DNA of 61,849 nt, taken from an uncultured virus (IMG/VR IMGVR_UViG_3300034095_001075) (lineage: Duplodnaviria; Heunggongvirae; Uroviricota; Caudoviricetes). The notes beneath the pieces were generated by a model that worked only from the letters and a program-made list of their open reading frames with translations, was not told where the DNA came from and ran no database searches. The translations under genes and the position numbers were made by a program. Every line of letters starts with the position of its first letter. The first letter of the stretch is position 1. The stretch lies in IMG/VR virus record IMGVR_UViG_3300034095_001075; one strand, written 5' to 3'. Positions 9,723-20,021 of the stretch are shown piece after piece.

Positions 9723-11334
9723 GACTCAAAATTATCTTGGTAACCCAAATCTTAAGAGAGCAAATGTTAATGTATCCTTCACTCCCGAACAGGTAGAGGA
9801 ATATATAAAATGCTCCAAAGATCCTGCCTATTTTATTAGAAAATATGTAAAGATTGTCAGTCTGGATAAAGGACTGATCAATTTTGACATGTTCGATTTT
9901 CAAGAAACTTTCGTAAACACCATTCACGATAATCGGTTTACAATTGGAAAGATGCCTCGTCAGTGCGGTAAATCTACTACGCTGGTTTCTTATATTATTT
10001 GGTATATTCTATTCAGTCCCAGCGTCAATGTTGCTATTCTTGCAAATAAGCAAACAGTAGCCAAATTGCACATGGATAGATTGAAAGTCGCATATGAGTA
10101 TTTGCCAAAATGGTTACAGCAGGGTGTGAAAGAATGGAACAAGATGAGTATAGAACTAGAGAATGGTTCTAAGGTCACCGCAGCGGCAACCTCCGGATCT
10201 GCTATCCGTGGAGGTTCTTTTAATCTTATCATGTTGGATGAGTTCGCCCATGTACCGGACAATATTGCAAATGATTTCTATAGTTCCGTGTTCCCTACAA
10301 TCACATCCGGTAAGACAACCAAACTTGTCATAATCTCAACTCCCAATGGATTGAATCTTTTCTATAAGATCTGGGTAGATTCTGTAGAAGAGAGAAACGA
10401 TTTCAAAAATGTAGAAATTCACTGGAGACAGGTTCCCGGTAGAGATGAAAAGTGGAAAGATCGTGAAATCAAGAACTTGGGTTCTGAAGAAGAGTTCCGA
10501 AAGGAACACGAGTGTGATTTCATTGGTTCTAGTAATACTTTAATTAGTTCAAATAAACTAAAGACGATGGTGTTCCGAAATCCAATATACAAAAATGATT
10601 TGGGACAGAGAGTATACGAGAAGCCACAACCAAAGCACAGTTACATTATGGTGGTAGATACCTCGCGTGGACAGGGGCTGGATTACAATGCTTTCTGTAT
10701 TTTTGATATAACCGAGATTCCATATAAGGTAGTTTCTATTTTTAGAAACAATGTGATGTCTCCTATGGTATATCCTAACATAATCTTTGCAGCAGCCAGA
10801 GAATATAACGATGCGTTCGTTTTAGTAGAAATAAATGACATTGGCGGACAAGTTGCAGATATTTTATATAAAGACATGGAATATGAGAACATTCTGGTTT
10901 CCTCTGTCCGGGGGAGAAAGGGACAGACTCTGGATGGGGGGTTTGGTAATGTCTCGACTCAGCTGGGAGTTCGCACCACAAAGGTTGTGAAGCGTCTAGG
11001 ATGCTCTGTGTTGAAGTCTATGATCGAATCGGACAAGCTGATACTGAATGACATAGATGTGATGAGAGAATTAGTTACTTTCGTATCCAAGCAGGCTTCC
11101 TATGAAGCAGACACCGGACACAACGACGATTTGGTTATGTGTCTGGTTCTATTTGGCTGGTTGAGTACCCAGAGTTATTTCAAAGATTTGACCGATCTAG
11201 ATATAAGAAAGACACTGTTTCAGAAACAGATTGACGCGATTGAGGAAGATGTGATGCCGTTTGGGTTCTTAAATATTGAAGATGCCTTCCAAAGAGATGA
11301 ATTTGGTGAAGTATTTGGTGATACTATTTTGTAA
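9709..11334 (+). CDS. gp17: Terminase large subunit gp17
   Basis: YLGNPNLK, Walker A MPRQCGKST, Walker B LIMLDEFAH, STPNGLN, nuclease motifs VDTSRGQGLDY and HNDDLVM. Confidence 0.97.
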   Translation: MSNNKTQNYLGNPNLKRANVNVSFTPEQVEEYIKCSKDPAYFIRKYVKIVSLDKGLINFDMFDFQETFVNTIHDNRFTIGKMPRQCGKSTTLVSYIIWYILFSPSVNVAILANKQTVAKLHMDRLKVAYEYLPKWLQQGVKEWNKMSIELENGSKVTAAATSGSAIRGGSFNLIMLDEFAHVPDNIANDFYSSVFPTITSGKTTKLVIISTPNGLNLFYKIWVDSVEERNDFKNVEIHWRQVPGRDEKWKDREIKNLGSEEEFRKEHECDFIGSSNTLISSNKLKTMVFRNPIYKNDLGQRVYEKPQPKHSYIMVVDTSRGQGLDYNAFCIFDITEIPYKVVSIFRNNVMSPMVYPNIIFAAAREYNDAFVLVEINDIGGQVADILYKDMEYENILVSSVRGRKGQTLDGGFGNVSTQLGVRTTKVVKRLGCSVLKSMIESDKLILNDIDVMRELVTFVSKQASYEADTGHNDDLVMCLVLFGWLSTQSYFKDLTDLDIRKTLFQKQIDAIEEDVMPFGFLNIEDAFQRDEFGEVFGDTIL

Positions 11335-11354
11335 AATATGAAATGACTTAAAAT

Positions 11355-11362
11355 TATACATA
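11355..11362 (+). promoter_or_regulatory. Probable late promoter variant TATACATA (gp18)
   Basis: One mismatch from TATAAATA, in the intergenic gap before the sheath gene. Confidence 0.55.
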
Positions 11363-11427
11363 ATCCTAGCAAATAATAGTATTTTCTAATCACAGGATAC
11401 TGATAATAGGCGTCCAAAGGAGAAAAA

Positions 11428-13263
11428 ATGGCATTTCAAATAAGCCCAGGCGTAAATATAACCGAAAAAGATGTGACCCTTCTAGTCCCAGCAATCGCAA
11501 CCACCCCAGCGGGTATGGTTGGATTGTTTCAATGGGGTCCGGGTAACGAACCAATAACAATTACAAGTGAAAAGGAACTGTCTCAGATTTATGGTCAACC
11601 CCTTAAATCCACAGGCGGTGTCGCAGATGCCACCAAATACAATAGATGGTGGTGGAGTGCTGCCAATTTTCTTTCTTATGGAAACAATATAAAAGTCATT
11701 AGATTCATCAATTCCGGTGGTGCTGCAAGAACTGCATGTTCCGGAACTGTTGCAATAACAGGAAGTCAACTTTCTGGCGCAACTAGTAAAGCGGCTTATA
11801 ACGCAACCGTGACTGATGGTTTCTGGGCAGCAAAATATCCAGGCACACTTGGTAACGGTTTAAAGGTAGTAGTACTCGATCACTATGGTGCTGAGACTGT
11901 TGGTGCAAATACAAATGGTGACGCAGAGCAATATGTAGATTACATTAGAAATTTTGATGGATTACCAGGCACATCTCCTTGGGCAACAAACCTTACTGGA
12001 GCTGCACTGAAGGATGAAATTCATGTTCTGGTAATAGATGCTGCTGGCAATTTCAGTGGAACTGCTGGTACAGTATTAGAGAAGTTCTCATACTTGTCCA
12101 AAGCATCAAATGCTGTAAATCAAAATGGAACATCGAATTATTACAGAGATGTAATAAATAATCAATCGCAATATGTTTGGGCATTGAATCATTTGGATGA
12201 TGGTGCAGTTACAATAAATAATCAAAACACAGCAACAGCTACGGTTTCACTTGATTCAGGAAGTACTATATGGGGAACTACCGTGGTTCCTTCGACATCT
12301 TCTGCATTTAAAGTGATGCAAGAGGGTGGCGGAGAAAATATAATAGTAAGTAATCTATATGGCGGAGCATTAGATACAACACCTTCAGACGATGATATCG
12401 CAGAAGCATTTAACACATACATGGGTGATCCAGAAATCATCGATGTTGCTCTGTTTATAACAGGACCTCTTGGCAAGACTGCTGCTTATCGCGTAATTGA
12501 AATTGCTGAAGCCAGAAAAGATGTGGTGGCATTCGTGTCTCCAATTCCAGCTGGTGGATTCAACCAAACCCCTTCTGCATATGTTGCAGACATTCTTACA
12601 TTCAGAGCAAACGGAGATTCTACTTCATATGGTGTAGCAGATACTGGATACAAACTTCAGTACGACAACTACAACGATGAATATGTTTATGTTCCGTTGA
12701 ATGCTGATATTGCTGGATTGTGCGTTCGTACAGATGAAAATAACGATCCTTGGTTTTCACCAGCTGGACTGAATCGTGGTAGTATCAACCGTGTTGTTAA
12801 ACTGCCATTCAACCCAAATCAAAGCAACCGCGATGATTTATATAAGGTTGGTATGAATCCAGTGGTTTCTTTCCCAGGAATTGGACCAGTGTTGTTTGGA
12901 GATAAAACTCTTCTCAGCAGACCGTCTGCATTCGATAGAATCAATGTACGCAGATTGTTCATCATTCTTGAAAAATCTATTGCAACTGCAGCTAAATTCC
13001 AATTGTTCGAATTCAATGATGCATTTACACGAGCACAATTTATTAACTTTGTTACTCCTTTCTTAAGAAATGTTCAAGGAAGAAGAGGTATTACAGATTT
13101 CAGAGTTGTATGCGATGAAACCAACAATACATCACAAGTAATTGATTCTAATAACTTTGTTGCTGACATTTATATTAAGCCGAACAAATCAATCAACTTC
13201 ATTCAACTCAACTTTATCGCAACGCCATCTGGTTTAAGTTTCGAAGAAGTGGTTGGAGCATAA
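11428..13263 (+). CDS. gp18: Tail sheath protein gp18
   Basis: MAFQISPGVNITEKD, FQWGP, AKYPGTLGN, PWFSPAGLNRG, FGDKT..SAFDRINVRRLF, FEFNDAFTR, KPNKSINFIQLNFIA. Confidence 0.97.
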   Translation: MAFQISPGVNITEKDVTLLVPAIATTPAGMVGLFQWGPGNEPITITSEKELSQIYGQPLKSTGGVADATKYNRWWWSAANFLSYGNNIKVIRFINSGGAARTACSGTVAITGSQLSGATSKAAYNATVTDGFWAAKYPGTLGNGLKVVVLDHYGAETVGANTNGDAEQYVDYIRNFDGLPGTSPWATNLTGAALKDEIHVLVIDAAGNFSGTAGTVLEKFSYLSKASNAVNQNGTSNYYRDVINNQSQYVWALNHLDDGAVTINNQNTATATVSLDSGSTIWGTTVVPSTSSAFKVMQEGGGENIIVSNLYGGALDTTPSDDDIAEAFNTYMGDPEIIDVALFITGPLGKTAAYRVIEIAEARKDVVAFVSPIPAGGFNQTPSAYVADILTFRANGDSTSYGVADTGYKLQYDNYNDEYVYVPLNADIAGLCVRTDENNDPWFSPAGLNRGSINRVVKLPFNPNQSNRDDLYKVGMNPVVSFPGIGPVLFGDKTLLSRPSAFDRINVRRLFIILEKSIATAAKFQLFEFNDAFTRAQFINFVTPFLRNVQGRRGITDFRVVCDETNNTSQVIDSNNFVADIYIKPNKSINFIQLNFIATPSGLSFEEVVGA

Positions 13264-13282
13264 TTAAAGGAGCATCAATCTA

Positions 13283-13837
13283 ATGGACATTACAAAATTT
13301 ACAAGTAAATTTGATGGTGGAGCAAGATCGAATCTATTTCAGATTCAAATATCTAATACACCACAAGGAGTTCCACTTCTTGGCCAAGACGATCAAATAG
13401 TTCACATCAAAGCAATTCAATTACCAGAAACTACAGTTGGTGAAATTCCTGTAAATCACATGGGAAGAATATATAAATTCCCAGGAGATAGATTATATAA
13501 TGATGTATCTCTGACTATTCTGAGTGATGGAACTAATATGAGAATTCGGCATTTCTTTGAGGCATGGAATCATGCTTGGAACAACCACATTAGCAATACA
13601 GGTCTATTACCAAATGATAACCAGCTGAATGCAGTTGTTAAATTGTCACAATTGGATCGTCTGCACAATCCAATTCGTACATATGTCTTGAATAAGGCTT
13701 GGTGCAGTGATGTTTCTGCTGTTGATCTTTCTCACGACAATAATGATGCTTTAGTAGAATTTACAGTAGCTATAAAGTACCATTATTTCACAGTAGACGG
13801 TGGTACTTCTGCCGGACCTGGTCAAGGATTGATTTAA
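13283..13837 (+). CDS. gp19: Tail tube protein gp19
   Basis: GGARSNLF, LPETTVGEIPV..MGR..KFPGDR, EFTV..Y.YF; follows gp18. Confidence 0.93.
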   Translation: MDITKFTSKFDGGARSNLFQIQISNTPQGVPLLGQDDQIVHIKAIQLPETTVGEIPVNHMGRIYKFPGDRLYNDVSLTILSDGTNMRIRHFFEAWNHAWNNHISNTGLLPNDNQLNAVVKLSQLDRLHNPIRTYVLNKAWCSDVSAVDLSHDNNDALVEFTVAIKYHYFTVDGGTSAGPGQGLI

Positions 13838-13867
13838 CTGACTATATACTTGTGAAGGAGCTTTATT

Positions 13868-15514
13868 ATGGCATTTGATTTATTCGGTTTTACATTTGGT
13901 AAAACCAAGTCTGACGAAATATCACCCTCTTTAGTACCGCCGGTTTTGGACGATGGCGCTGCCTTTGTTCAAGCCGGTGGTTTTCAAGGATGGTATGTTG
14001 ATCTTGATGGAACCATCAAGTCGGATGTTGACTTGGTTAGAAAATATCGTGAGATGAGTCTTCACGCAGAAGTAGAAATGGCTATCGATGATGTTATCAA
14101 TGAAATGATAACAGAAGATGCAACTGGTGAAATTGTTAAATTAAATATCGATAGAGTCGATAATTCAATTATACCAGAAGAAGTAAAGAAAGTAATGTAT
14201 GAAGAATTCCAAAAGATTATCTTCTTACTTGATTTTAATCACAAATGCTATGATATAAGCAGACGATGGTATATTGATGGTCGGCTCTATTATCACATGA
14301 TACTGGAAGATGATCCTAGACAGGGTATCAAAGAAATTCGTCAGATCGATCCTACTAGAATCAAAAAAGTAAGAGAAGTAAAACAAAAAGATAAAATTAA
14401 TGGTATTGATGTTATTGCTGGAATGGAAGAGTATTTCATATACACAGTATCAGATAGACCAAATTCATATGACACCGCGCAAGGTGTGAAGCTGTCTCCG
14501 GATTCTATTAATTATTGTCATTCTGGACTGTTTGATTATGGAACAAAACGAGTTGTAAGTTTCCTTCATAAAGCAATCAAACCACTGAATCAATTAAGAA
14601 TGGTAGAAGATGCTACTGTGATTTATCGTTGGTCTAGAGCACCAGAGCGTAGAGTATTCTACATCGATGTTGGTTCTTTACCAAAGAATAAAGCAGAATC
14701 ATATCTTCGTGATATCATGTTGCGGTATCGCAATAAGATCACATATGATGCCAACACTGGCGAAGTAAGAGATGATAGAAAACACATGAGCATGTTGGAA
14801 GATTATTGGCTTCCTCGTCGCGAAGGTGGTAAAGGTACAGAAATTACAACTCTGCCTGGTGGACAGAATCTTGGCGAAATGGAAGATGTCAAATACTTCC
14901 AAAAGAAACTTTTCCGTTGCTTGAATGTTCCATCATCTCGTATGGAATCCGAGAACGGATTTAACATGGGTCGTGCAGCAGATATCAGCAGAGATGAACT
15001 GAAGTTTGCTAAATTTATCAGCAGACTTCGTTTAAGATTCTCAGATCTGTTCATGAATTTTATGAGAGTGCAACTTGTTGCTAAGGGAATAATCGATTTA
15101 GATGAGTGGGCTAAAATAAGCCAACACATCAAGTTTGAATTCTCAACCGATTCTATGTTCTTGGAATCAAAGCAATCAGAAGTTCTTAAAGATCGTATGG
15201 CAGTTCTAAGAGAAGTGTCGGATTACTCTGGCAAATTCTTCTCCGATAGATGGATTCGTAAAAACATTCTTCGTCAAAGCGATGAAGATATTGATAATAT
15301 CGATACAGAAATTGAACAAGAGAAGATGATACAAGAGCAGAAGCAAATGGAAGAGCAGATGCGTGCAGAACAAATGGCAGCACAGACTACTGGTGTGCCA
15401 GCTGGTGGCGTGGGTTCTTCCCCACCAGCTGGGGCACCCCAAGGAGGTGGTGACGCAGCAACTGCAGCAACACAACAATCAGGAGTAGATTACGATGCCA
15501 GCAGCCTTTTATGA
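13868..15514 (+). CDS. gp20: Portal protein gp20
   Basis: RWYIDGRLYYH, LHKAIKPLNQLRMVEDA.VIYR.SRAPERRVFYIDVG.LPK.KAE, EDYWLPRREGGKGTEITTLPGGQNLGE; Q/A/G-rich C-terminal tail. Confidence 0.97.
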   Translation: MAFDLFGFTFGKTKSDEISPSLVPPVLDDGAAFVQAGGFQGWYVDLDGTIKSDVDLVRKYREMSLHAEVEMAIDDVINEMITEDATGEIVKLNIDRVDNSIIPEEVKKVMYEEFQKIIFLLDFNHKCYDISRRWYIDGRLYYHMILEDDPRQGIKEIRQIDPTRIKKVREVKQKDKINGIDVIAGMEEYFIYTVSDRPNSYDTAQGVKLSPDSINYCHSGLFDYGTKRVVSFLHKAIKPLNQLRMVEDATVIYRWSRAPERRVFYIDVGSLPKNKAESYLRDIMLRYRNKITYDANTGEVRDDRKHMSMLEDYWLPRREGGKGTEITTLPGGQNLGEMEDVKYFQKKLFRCLNVPSSRMESENGFNMGRAADISRDELKFAKFISRLRLRFSDLFMNFMRVQLVAKGIIDLDEWAKISQHIKFEFSTDSMFLESKQSEVLKDRMAVLREVSDYSGKFFSDRWIRKNILRQSDEDIDNIDTEIEQEKMIQEQKQMEEQMRAEQMAAQTTGVPAGGVGSSPPAGAPQGGGDAATAATQQSGVDYDASSLL

Positions 15515-16112
15515 GCTTAATATAGAACAATCTTCAGATTTCTTATCTGCTCTACGGATATTAAAACCGGAAGATGGTACTCTTTTTAAATTTCTTCCAA
15601 ATGTTGGAGAACGATTTTGGAAAAATGACAACTCTGCTGTTAATTTTGATATTCCAAATGAAATCAAACTACTGTATCCAAATCAAGCAAGTGCTTTTGG
15701 ATATTTGCAAAACACCGCTCTATTAACTTTTCTTACGGTTCGTATGAAAATAAAAGATAGTACTGGATCAGCAACAAACCTTAAAATAGAAGGACAGACT
15801 ATTTGTAAAAGACGAGGAGATGCGAATGCCGCGGCAGGAGATTATGTCCTAATAGACGAAAGTCCGACAATTGGTACTTCGAATCGTGCAATATTCAAAT
15901 TTGTAAATAGAACTTCTGTTGTAGCAGATAATAATATAACATTACACATACCAAATTCCGTTACTAATAATTTTAAAGGAAAATATCTATACGATATTGA
16001 ACTTGAATATAGACTAGGAGGAGTTGGGGCAACTACTGAGTCCAATACAACACCATTTGTTGTGAGATTGTTACAAGGAAGAGTTACATTCAATCCAAAT
16101 ATAACAACATAA
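15495..16112 (+). CDS. Hypothetical virion adaptor-like protein (paralogous ends with 39147-39530)
   Basis: Begins MPAAFYELNIEQSSDF and ends YLYDIEL...RLLQGRVTFNPNIT, an Ig-like phage adaptor pattern; overlaps portal stop by 20 nt. Confidence 0.5.
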   Translation: MPAAFYELNIEQSSDFLSALRILKPEDGTLFKFLPNVGERFWKNDNSAVNFDIPNEIKLLYPNQASAFGYLQNTALLTFLTVRMKIKDSTGSATNLKIEGQTICKRRGDANAAAGDYVLIDESPTIGTSNRAIFKFVNRTSVVADNNITLHIPNSVTNNFKGKYLYDIELEYRLGGVGATTESNTTPFVVRLLQGRVTFNPNITT

Positions 16113-17501
16113 ATGTCAATCAATGCAGCATCATTTAAGATTCTTGTCGGAAGTTTTACAGATAAAAATGTATTAGCTTCTGGTAATGCATTGACAATAT
16201 ATCAAATTGGTTCTATTGACTATAAATTAACTACAATACTTGAGAATGTAGATTCCATTAACGAATTCTATGAAGAAGGGGGTGATAGTTCAAATCCCTG
16301 TACTTCTAGTTTATTCGGCTGTACAGAATCTTTAGTAATTAATGTAGATCCTGAATGTCCAAATGGAACAGGAGGAACTGGTCCTCAAGGTCCTCAAGGT
16401 CCTGCAGGAGCTAGTGGAACTAGTGGAAGAACTACTGTAATTGCGATAGCACCGCCAATTGCTTTAAATTGTGGCGAAAATCCAACAGCCACAATTGGTC
16501 CACCAGTCCAGGATCCAAATGGAGCAACACAAACACAAACACTAACATTAGGAATACCAGTATCTTGTGCTGGTGGTGGTGGTGAAAATGTTTCAGTTAA
16601 GGTGACACATGGAGGTGGCACTCAATTTAATCCCGGATCTGTATCTGCTATTGATTTTAAATCTGGTGCAAATATGTCTTTTGGAGGAGGATTTGTTGGC
16701 AATACTTCGAACAGTATAAACATAAAAGCAACTTGTACTGCTGTTGGTTATTTTAAAATTCTTAGTATGTTTCTAGAAGACAACAGATGGATATATCGCG
16801 GTCTTCCACAAAAATTTATGAGGAATGATGTAGATCCGAATACTGGAGATGGTAATGCTGATGTAACTTTCGTCTCGGATGTAGATTTTATAGAAATTGT
16901 TAATCTTGCCGAAGATTCTTCTTCTACATCAATACCATTAGGTGCTGAAATTGGGGGAGATTATCAGACATTTCCATCCGGACTTATATATCCTACTCAA
17001 ACGCCACCAACTTCAGTATCACTAACAGTACAGCCAATAGTAGTTTTATACAAAGATGCAGTTGGTGGTGTGTTTATGAATACCAAAAATCCATTGAACG
17101 GAAATTTATTAAAAGCAACAATAGATTCCGTTGAGATATTCTCTCCAACTAATGGACCAAAATGGAGATATAAAATTAAATTCTGTAATGTTGATTATTC
17201 TATAGCAGGAACAACAGGTCCTACAACAACTGCTACAACCTTTAAAGGCAAATCTACAGCTTGGGCATATAATCAACTTGAAGTGGGCAATACTATATCG
17301 TCTGCATATGGATATACACTATCAACATCAAATTCATATACCGCAGCTACTGCCACCACTCCAGAAGGATTTAAATTAAATTCTTCTACTGGATTCCTAT
17401 TCAGTCATGTTCCAATTGGAAGTATTGTAGATATTGAAGTTGATAGTAAAGGAAACTTTTACTTCAAATCCCCAAATGCAGTAGTAGGAATTTGTACATG
17501 A
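16113..17501 (+). CDS. Hypothetical virion protein with short collagen stretch and duplicated C-terminal domain
   Basis: GPQGPQGPAGASG; two related blocks RWIY...NLAE...V.L...G.FM.TKNPLNG and KWRY...NQLE...VDI...G.FYFKSPNAVVG. Confidence 0.5.
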   Translation: MSINAASFKILVGSFTDKNVLASGNALTIYQIGSIDYKLTTILENVDSINEFYEEGGDSSNPCTSSLFGCTESLVINVDPECPNGTGGTGPQGPQGPAGASGTSGRTTVIAIAPPIALNCGENPTATIGPPVQDPNGATQTQTLTLGIPVSCAGGGGENVSVKVTHGGGTQFNPGSVSAIDFKSGANMSFGGGFVGNTSNSINIKATCTAVGYFKILSMFLEDNRWIYRGLPQKFMRNDVDPNTGDGNADVTFVSDVDFIEIVNLAEDSSSTSIPLGAEIGGDYQTFPSGLIYPTQTPPTSVSLTVQPIVVLYKDAVGGVFMNTKNPLNGNLLKATIDSVEIFSPTNGPKWRYKIKFCNVDYSIAGTTGPTTTATTFKGKSTAWAYNQLEVGNTISSAYGYTLSTSNSYTAATATTPEGFKLNSSTGFLFSHVPIGSIVDIEVDSKGNFYFKSPNAVVGICT

Positions 17502-19720
17502 TAGGTTCTCTAGTAACAACAAGTTGTTCTTGTCAGAAATGCTGTTCAGCAGATTATGCAACACCAACTCCAGATAATTTACCAGATCAAATTGCCGTAG
17601 AATATAGTGGAGTCCCTTCTTTTTTCGAACCTAATTGGTGTTCTCAATGGAAAACTACTGCCATGGACAGTACAGGCACAATTGATCTGTATTATAGTAG
17701 ATACAGAGAAGCGGATCACCTTCCATTAAATTGGTCTGGAACATTAGATAGACTTGTAATAGATGGTGTACCAACTGACGAATATTTTAAATTTTTTCCA
17801 GAAGGAAATAGACAAACATATGAATTGAATGGAATAGATGAATCTAGATGGCATGAAATAGAGCTTTTTGGTACAAGAATTACAAAAGTTAGAAAACATA
17901 CATTTACTAGCAAGTTTGAAATAGTTGGAGTATATGTTGCTAGAATGAAAGTAGCAACAACTATTGCGAGTTGTCGGAATAATATTGATGGAAGCCCGGA
18001 AGTAGTAGATTCTCCAGGATCTGCATGGTTTGCTGACATAATAATAGAAATAATACCAGGAACCGAAAGTGGTCCAAATACGACCATCCTTCAGCAACAG
18101 ACAACATTTTCTGGAGGTACTAATTATTCTCCGGAGACTCAGAGTGCGGGTCCGGGACTGCCCGTTCCTCCTATAGATGTTGTAGTATTTTCGTGGGAGG
18201 GCGGCTTTGGCATTACGCAAAAACAACCAGCTGGTATTACAATTGCGCTTCAGAATAAAAAACTGAATAGATATACTTCAGTTCGTAGATTAGCAGTTGC
18301 TGGCTCAGTTGCTGGCTCACAACAAGTCAATACTTTTCAAAATGTACTTCTATCTGCAGTTGCTGCAAACTTGCCCGGACCCCAGCCTACTTTATTGCCC
18401 CTTGAAGATTTTTTAACTTCTACTGCAGCTGATAGTCATAAAAGAAAACAATACTTAGTTCCAGTACAAATAGATCCAATTACATGTAGTGCTTCATCTG
18501 AAGAATTTGTAAGCGAGTATATTGATTATAGAAGTACATTAGATCCAGCAAATCCAGAAATAATACCATATATAGCCCCTTCATCGCTTATTCGTAACAA
18601 CACAGATCCTCTTAGCATTTCATTAACGAATAATGATATGTCTTTGCCATATGGGTTATATAAATTAAATGTTCTTGAAGAAGATAACACAAGATCTACT
18701 CCGTGTACATTAGGAGCTGATCAAAGATTATGTAATCCAGAAGATAGCTGTTGTGCGCCGTCAAATTTTTTGGGATGTCCAATAAATATTCCATGTCAGA
18801 CTGCTGTGTGTGCTGTACTACCTGAGTGTTGCAATGGGCAGTTTGGTTGGGATTCTATTTGTGTAAAAATGGCAAGACAAACTCCAGAATGTGGTTGTAG
18901 TGATATACCTTTTTGCGGAAATCCTACAGCTGGAGATTGCTTAACCGTCCATGCAACTCCATTCTGCAATGACCTTGGTTGTTGCCAAACCGTGTGTGCT
19001 TCTCAACCTTCTTGCTGTGCTAACAACGGGACGGGGTGGACCCAAGAATGTGTAAATACAGCATCTTTCTTTTGTGGTGGACTTGGTTCCGGATTTACAA
19101 ATAATTTATTAAAAAATTTGCCAGCGTTTTGTAACCGATCATATTATATTGGTCATGAAAATTTGTACAAAATACAATCACCGTTTGGTGGTTGTCATTT
19201 TTCTTATTCTACTTGTGGATTTAGATATATTTTTGGACAAGAATCATCTGATGTGTCAGACCCAGATTTGGGTGAAGAACCGTTTGGTCGGGTTGTTTTT
19301 GTTAAAACTCCTCTCGGTGATATAAATTACAATTGTGCATATGATTTTTTAAAGACACCGGCATGCATGTTAACAGAAAGACCCATAGAATCTGTATTTG
19401 GTAGTTCGTATCTTCCTGAAATAGCTAGAATAGAGTATTTTGATGGTACTGGAAATTGGAATCCAGACGCACAAGGAGCAGGGAATACATCTATGCCTAG
19501 GTGTTTGAATTTAAGTGAAGGCTTAACGACTGGTTTTATACCATTAGCTTCATGGTGTTTGATGCCACAGACTACTTTCCCAAAAATCAGAAATTTATCG
19601 TCGCAGGGAACAGCCAATGAGAATGGATTAGGACCAGGTGCAACAGTAAACAACAATGGATTATTTGCAACCAGCGCAGTAATAAGAATATCCCCAGTTT
19701 CAGTTCCTCCAGTTCCTTAA
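17498..19720 (+). CDS. Cys-rich protein carrying two copies of a CC-x2-VC-x3-P-x-CC-x(3-7)-W-x3-C repeat
   Basis: ATG at 17498 overlaps the previous TGA (ATGA); N-terminal SCSCQKCC; tandem Cys modules at ~18731-19075. Confidence 0.6.
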   Translation: MIGSLVTTSCSCQKCCSADYATPTPDNLPDQIAVEYSGVPSFFEPNWCSQWKTTAMDSTGTIDLYYSRYREADHLPLNWSGTLDRLVIDGVPTDEYFKFFPEGNRQTYELNGIDESRWHEIELFGTRITKVRKHTFTSKFEIVGVYVARMKVATTIASCRNNIDGSPEVVDSPGSAWFADIIIEIIPGTESGPNTTILQQQTTFSGGTNYSPETQSAGPGLPVPPIDVVVFSWEGGFGITQKQPAGITIALQNKKLNRYTSVRRLAVAGSVAGSQQVNTFQNVLLSAVAANLPGPQPTLLPLEDFLTSTAADSHKRKQYLVPVQIDPITCSASSEEFVSEYIDYRSTLDPANPEIIPYIAPSSLIRNNTDPLSISLTNNDMSLPYGLYKLNVLEEDNTRSTPCTLGADQRLCNPEDSCCAPSNFLGCPINIPCQTAVCAVLPECCNGQFGWDSICVKMARQTPECGCSDIPFCGNPTAGDCLTVHATPFCNDLGCCQTVCASQPSCCANNGTGWTQECVNTASFFCGGLGSGFTNNLLKNLPAFCNRSYYIGHENLYKIQSPFGGCHFSYSTCGFRYIFGQESSDVSDPDLGEEPFGRVVFVKTPLGDINYNCAYDFLKTPACMLTERPIESVFGSSYLPEIARIEYFDGTGNWNPDAQGAGNTSMPRCLNLSEGLTTGFIPLASWCLMPQTTFPKIRNLSSQGTANENGLGPGATVNNNGLFATSAVIRISPVSVPPVP

Positions 19721-19737
19721 TTAGCAATATTAGATAT

Positions 19738-19745
19738 TATAAATA
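19738..19745 (+). promoter_or_regulatory. Late promoter TATAAATA (prohead core genes)
   Basis: Exact consensus, intergenic. Confidence 0.8.
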
Positions 19746-19761
19746 GTAAAAAGAGGTATAT

Positions 19762-20016
19762 ATGTCTACAGAAAAAATAATTGATTCTTTATTTGATAAC
19801 AACTTAGAAGCATTCCGAAACCAAGTTCACACATCATTGTATGTAAAAGCTGGGGAATATATGAATTCTGCCAAACAAGTTGTTGCTGGTGGTATGTTCA
19901 ATCCTCCACAAGAAGTTCAAGAAGAACTCAAAGGCAATCAAAAGAAGCTAGATCTTGCTAAACCAAAAGGAAAACTTACCGCAGCCGATTTTGCTGCCTT
20001 AAGAAAGAAAGGGTAA
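19762..20016 (+). CDS. Small prohead core protein (gp67-like position)
   Basis: 84 aa directly before gp21; IIDSL..NN..AF...V...LY.KA...M...KQ.VA..MF pattern, plus C-terminal LKGNQKKLD...GKLTAADFAALRKK motif. Confidence 0.6.
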   Translation: MSTEKIIDSLFDNNLEAFRNQVHTSLYVKAGEYMNSAKQVVAGGMFNPPQEVQEELKGNQKKLDLAKPKGKLTAADFAALRKKG

Positions 20017-20021
20017 TATAC

